The notes beneath the pieces are model-generated. The model made no database searches. It was given only the letters and a program-made list of their open reading frames with translations, and had not been told where the DNA came from. Both the position numbers and the translations under genes were made by a program. Positions 60,571 through 64,000 of a stretch of 64,000 nucleotides of DNA are shown here, in pieces. Source of the DNA: Octopus sinensis (Eukaryota); contig NC_043014.1 of assembly GCF_006345805.1 (NCBI RefSeq), forward strand, positions 33,976,001 to 34,040,000, read 5' to 3'. How positions within the stretch are numbered: the first letter of the stretch is position 1; every line of letters starts with the position of its first letter.

Positions 60571-61164
60571 TCTACTTTACATATGAAGTAAAGAAAAGTT
60601 AAGTTCCTTCCTGTTGTGAGAGGATCCCCCCCCACCACCACCACCACCAAATGGTTAAAAGTGGACTGACTCTGTTATAAATTAAAGAATTGTGAACGAT
60701 TGACAGTTTGGGTTGGCAGACAGTTCACTGTGAACCGTGAGTGAGAGCGTTGAGTATCGTGTAATAGTAATATTTGTGCGGCGTGTATATATTTTCTTCC
60801 CCACCCCGTTATATCATATATCCAACGTACAAGGATATAAAACTTCTCAAGTAATATAGACTCGTTGGGCCGGTTTCCCGGTTTCCACGGTGTATAAATT
60901 CCCTACGTGGTCAGGACACCAATCCGTCGTAGGATTACGCATTTTATTGTCAGCTGAGTGAATTGGAGCAACGTGAAATGAAGTGTTTTGCTCAAGACCA
61001 CAACACGGTTCAGGAATCGAAACCACAATCTTACGATCCTAACACCCCTAACCACTAAGCCACGTGCCTCCACAGTTTATGTATTAAACTAATGCTTAAA
61101 GTCGAACGTCTATGAATTCCTCGCACCAAGGAAGCAATATATCTGGAGTGTAAAATATATATAG

Positions 61165-61387
61165 GCGGCAAGCTGGCAGAATCGTTAGCACGTCGGGCAA
61201 ACTTCTTAGCGATATTTCGTCTGCCGCTACGTTCTGAGTTCAAATTCCGCCGCGGTAGACTTTGCCTTTCGGGCTCGATTAAATAAGTACCAGTTACGCA
61301 CTGGGGTCGATATAATCGACTTAATCCGTTTGTCTGTCCTTGTTTGTCCTCTCTGTGTTTAGCCCCTTGTGGGTAGTAAAGAAATAG
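61165..61387 (+). mobile_element. SINE family A
   Basis: ggcggcaagctggcagaatc...gtagtaaagaaata. Confidence 0.9.
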
Positions 61388-61724
61388 GAAGTAATATATC
61401 TGGAGAAGCTTGTAACGTAATACTTATTTTTTTCGTTAATTTTCATGTGAAGTAAAATGCGTGCTGAGAGATTTTTCGAAAGAGAAAAACAAATAACGCG
61501 ACTACTTTTATGCATGAAAATAGTAAGTTGCAAGCATACACAGTAGGGTAGCCAGGAGTAAAGAGCCCACCTGGGGTAAAATGTCTACCCTGCTTTACGT
61601 GAAGGTACATGAACTAATCATCAGTATGCTGCCACCATTTGACGGGATAGCTACTGCGCATGTCCGACACGCGTTCTGGAGAGAACAAAGCCCGTTCGTG
61701 TAAGTTTATAGCTAAATTTTACTT

Positions 61725-62222
61725 CTTTTTTTTTTTTTTTTTTTCTACTCTAGGCACAAGGCCCGTAATTTTGGGGGAAGGGGCCAGTTGATTACATCGA
61801 CCAAAAAACCGTTCGTCGCGAGGTCCGTAAAGCCACCACCTTGCTAACTCTTTATCAACCAAAACCGTTCGTCGTGAGGTCCGCAAAGCCACCACCTTGC
61901 GTACTGGTACGCAACTGGTACTTAATTATCGACCCTGGCAGAAACGTTAGCACGCTTAGCGGTATTTCGTCTGCCGTTACGTTGTGAGTTCAAATTCCGC
62001 CGAGGTTGACTTTGCCTTTCATCCTTTCGGGGTCGATAAATTAAGTACCAGTCACGCACTGGGGTCGATGTAATCGACTTAATCCGTTTGTTTGTCCTTG
62101 TTTGTCCCCTCTGTGTTTAGCCCCTTGTGGATAGTAAAGAAATAGGTACTTAATTTATCGACCCCGAAAGGATGAAAAGCAAAGTCGGCCTGGGCGGAAT
62201 TTGAACTCAGAACGTAAAGACA
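61725..62222 (-). mobile_element. Composite SINE: minus-strand SINE with poly-T tail, nested plus-strand SINE A and captured minisatellite
   Basis: Outer TSD gctaaattttactt at 61711-61724 and 62223-62236; inner duplication ggtacttaatt(t)atcgaccc at ~61917 and ~62146. Confidence 0.8.
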
Positions 62223-63509
62223 GCTAAATTTTACTTTTTGCTCGATTTCTTGTAAAGTTTAAGATTCTGTTTTGAATCATTGTACAAACTACAGAATTTT
62301 CTCAAGAAAGCCAAGAGAAAAAGATGTTTTATAAATACATTCTACCAGTATACGAAGTTTAAATTTTTTTAGTTACATGGAAATTATTTTAAAAATCTGC
62401 AGGTCAAAGCGAAAAGACCCAAATATTCTGCTTAACACCACAGAATTTGCTTGTCCGTTGCTTACCTTAACCACTTGAGCATGTCCCTATAGTGGCTGAC
62501 AATATGTGCATCTCTGACCATGAGCAGGAGTCGTGCTCATGGGGATCATCATAGACATGTGTTGAGAGGGATTCTTCGGGGTTTGAATAAATGTAACAAA
62601 GGCAAAGTTTGAAGGAAATATTAACGATTTTACATACTCTCTAGGAATAAGCAAATAGGAAATAACAATTGTTGCTCAAGGGCAAAAATCGTATAACACA
62701 CTATTATCGACCAATTAGGTACAAATGTATTCAGCAGAATTTTTCACTGTTTTTCTTTCTTTTTTTCCTTTTTTTTTCCTTTTCGCTTCTGAATTGTGAT
62801 ATGAAGTTTGTCGTTAATTCAACAGTATTGAAATGTTTTAACTTTTCATATTTTCGGGGTCGATAAAATAAGTACCAGTTGAACACTGAGGTCGATTTTA
62901 TCACCTATCCGCCTCCCCAAAATCGATGGCCCTGTACCAAAATTATAATAATATATATACTTGTTATAACTTTGACAAGCACAAACTTACACTTATTTAG
63001 TCATTGAAAAGGATGAATTTCTCACTTGTTCAAATTACATACTCCATCCCTTGATAAAACAGTCTTCTGGTATATATTTCTTCGGTTGTTTACACGTCCG
63101 CTTGATGTGAAACTCAAATTTATATCCATTTTTTTCATATTTTTCTTTCAACGTTAATAACATATATATCCTGAAATTTTAGCTCAGCGTTTTGTTTTTA
63201 GACATTTTTTTTTTGTTGTTTGCTTATATAAGGAATTATAACAGTACTTTGGAGGCATTGAATTATAGCAAGACTCGCTACAGTATTTCTAAATGTTAAT
63301 CACCAAACCATACTGTAAATAAAAGGACCAGTTTTTTCATATGACTATACATCAATTTTTAGACTCAGTCGTCACTGATATATTTCTCTCCTTACACATA
63401 TATTTTGAAATTTTATTTTCCTCCTTAATAATTGAAGATTGAATTGAACGGTTTAAATTCAAAACCTCGTTCATTGAAGCTTCAGATTCGCTCATGTCTT
63501 CTGAATCAA

Positions 63510-63898
63510 TCTCTATATATATAAAGCTGAAGTTGTCTGTGTATGGCAGGTTTGGTAGCCTTCAACTAACACTATCTCCTCCGAGACCCTGCGGCGCAAG
63601 TTGACCAAAATTCAGAGTATGATAGAAGGCTTGCTCTTCATTCCGTAGAAGATGAAAATCAAATCAGACCATGTTAACACCAAAAATTATTTACATCAAA
63701 AGGGTGCTTTTTTTTCTATGAAAATCCCTATTTTCTACGATTTTTTACTGCTGTGTCGCCATTTTTCGATGTATTTCAACCAGAAAAATGTTCACTTAAA
63801 GGGAATAACAAGCTATATAATGCAAAATTTTTACTTTTCAAAAATTCCAATTCTATAGGGTCGAAACAAACCCGAGCAACGCCGGGCGATACTGCTAG
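63510..63898 (+). mobile_element. Non-autonomous Helitron, same family as 47396-47787
   Basis: A|TC start, CCCGAGCAACGCCGGG hairpin, CTAG|T end. Confidence 0.87.
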
Positions 63899-64000
63899 TA
63901 ATATTACATTAGTTTTATGAGGCAAACGTTTCTTCATATTTGAATCAACATTACATGTGCGTGTCTGTGTTTTTGCTCCACCACCACTTTCGTATTGTAC

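Overview
Eukaryotic, AT-rich, repeat-dense genomic DNA. The tRNA-derived SINE families and microsatellite load look like Octopus (coleoid cephalopod); this is an inference from repeat recognition. The one supportable host gene is a + strand hydroxymethylbilane synthase / porphobilinogen deaminase (HMBS, hemC) with 11 coding exons from 7457 to 33041. I assembled it by hand into 1107 nt (368 aa), with all splice sites in phase and the catalytic motifs intact (GSRKSQ, SLKD, SSLRR, RGNLNTR, EGGC). Its intron 6 is a textbook U12-type (minor spliceosome) GT-AG intron, and intron 8 has a U12-like donor paired with a U2-like acceptor. The rest is transposon-derived: several SINE families (one 5x184-bp tandem array, many nested insertions), mariner and Tc1 relics, hAT/pogo/piggyBac-like MITEs, non-autonomous Helitrons, CR1/RTE/CRE LINE fragments and Penelope-like fragments with hammerhead-ribozyme-like cores. 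Structural oddities: a near-perfect 1.2-kb palindrome (565-bp arms), an inverted pair of hammerhead cores inside an HMBS intron, and a Tc1-derived minisatellite whose unit reappears inside a SINE 3.3 kb away. Most ORFs in the supplied track are microsatellite or SINE read-throughs. Repeat boundaries were read by eye and are approximate unless a TSD or TIR is quoted.
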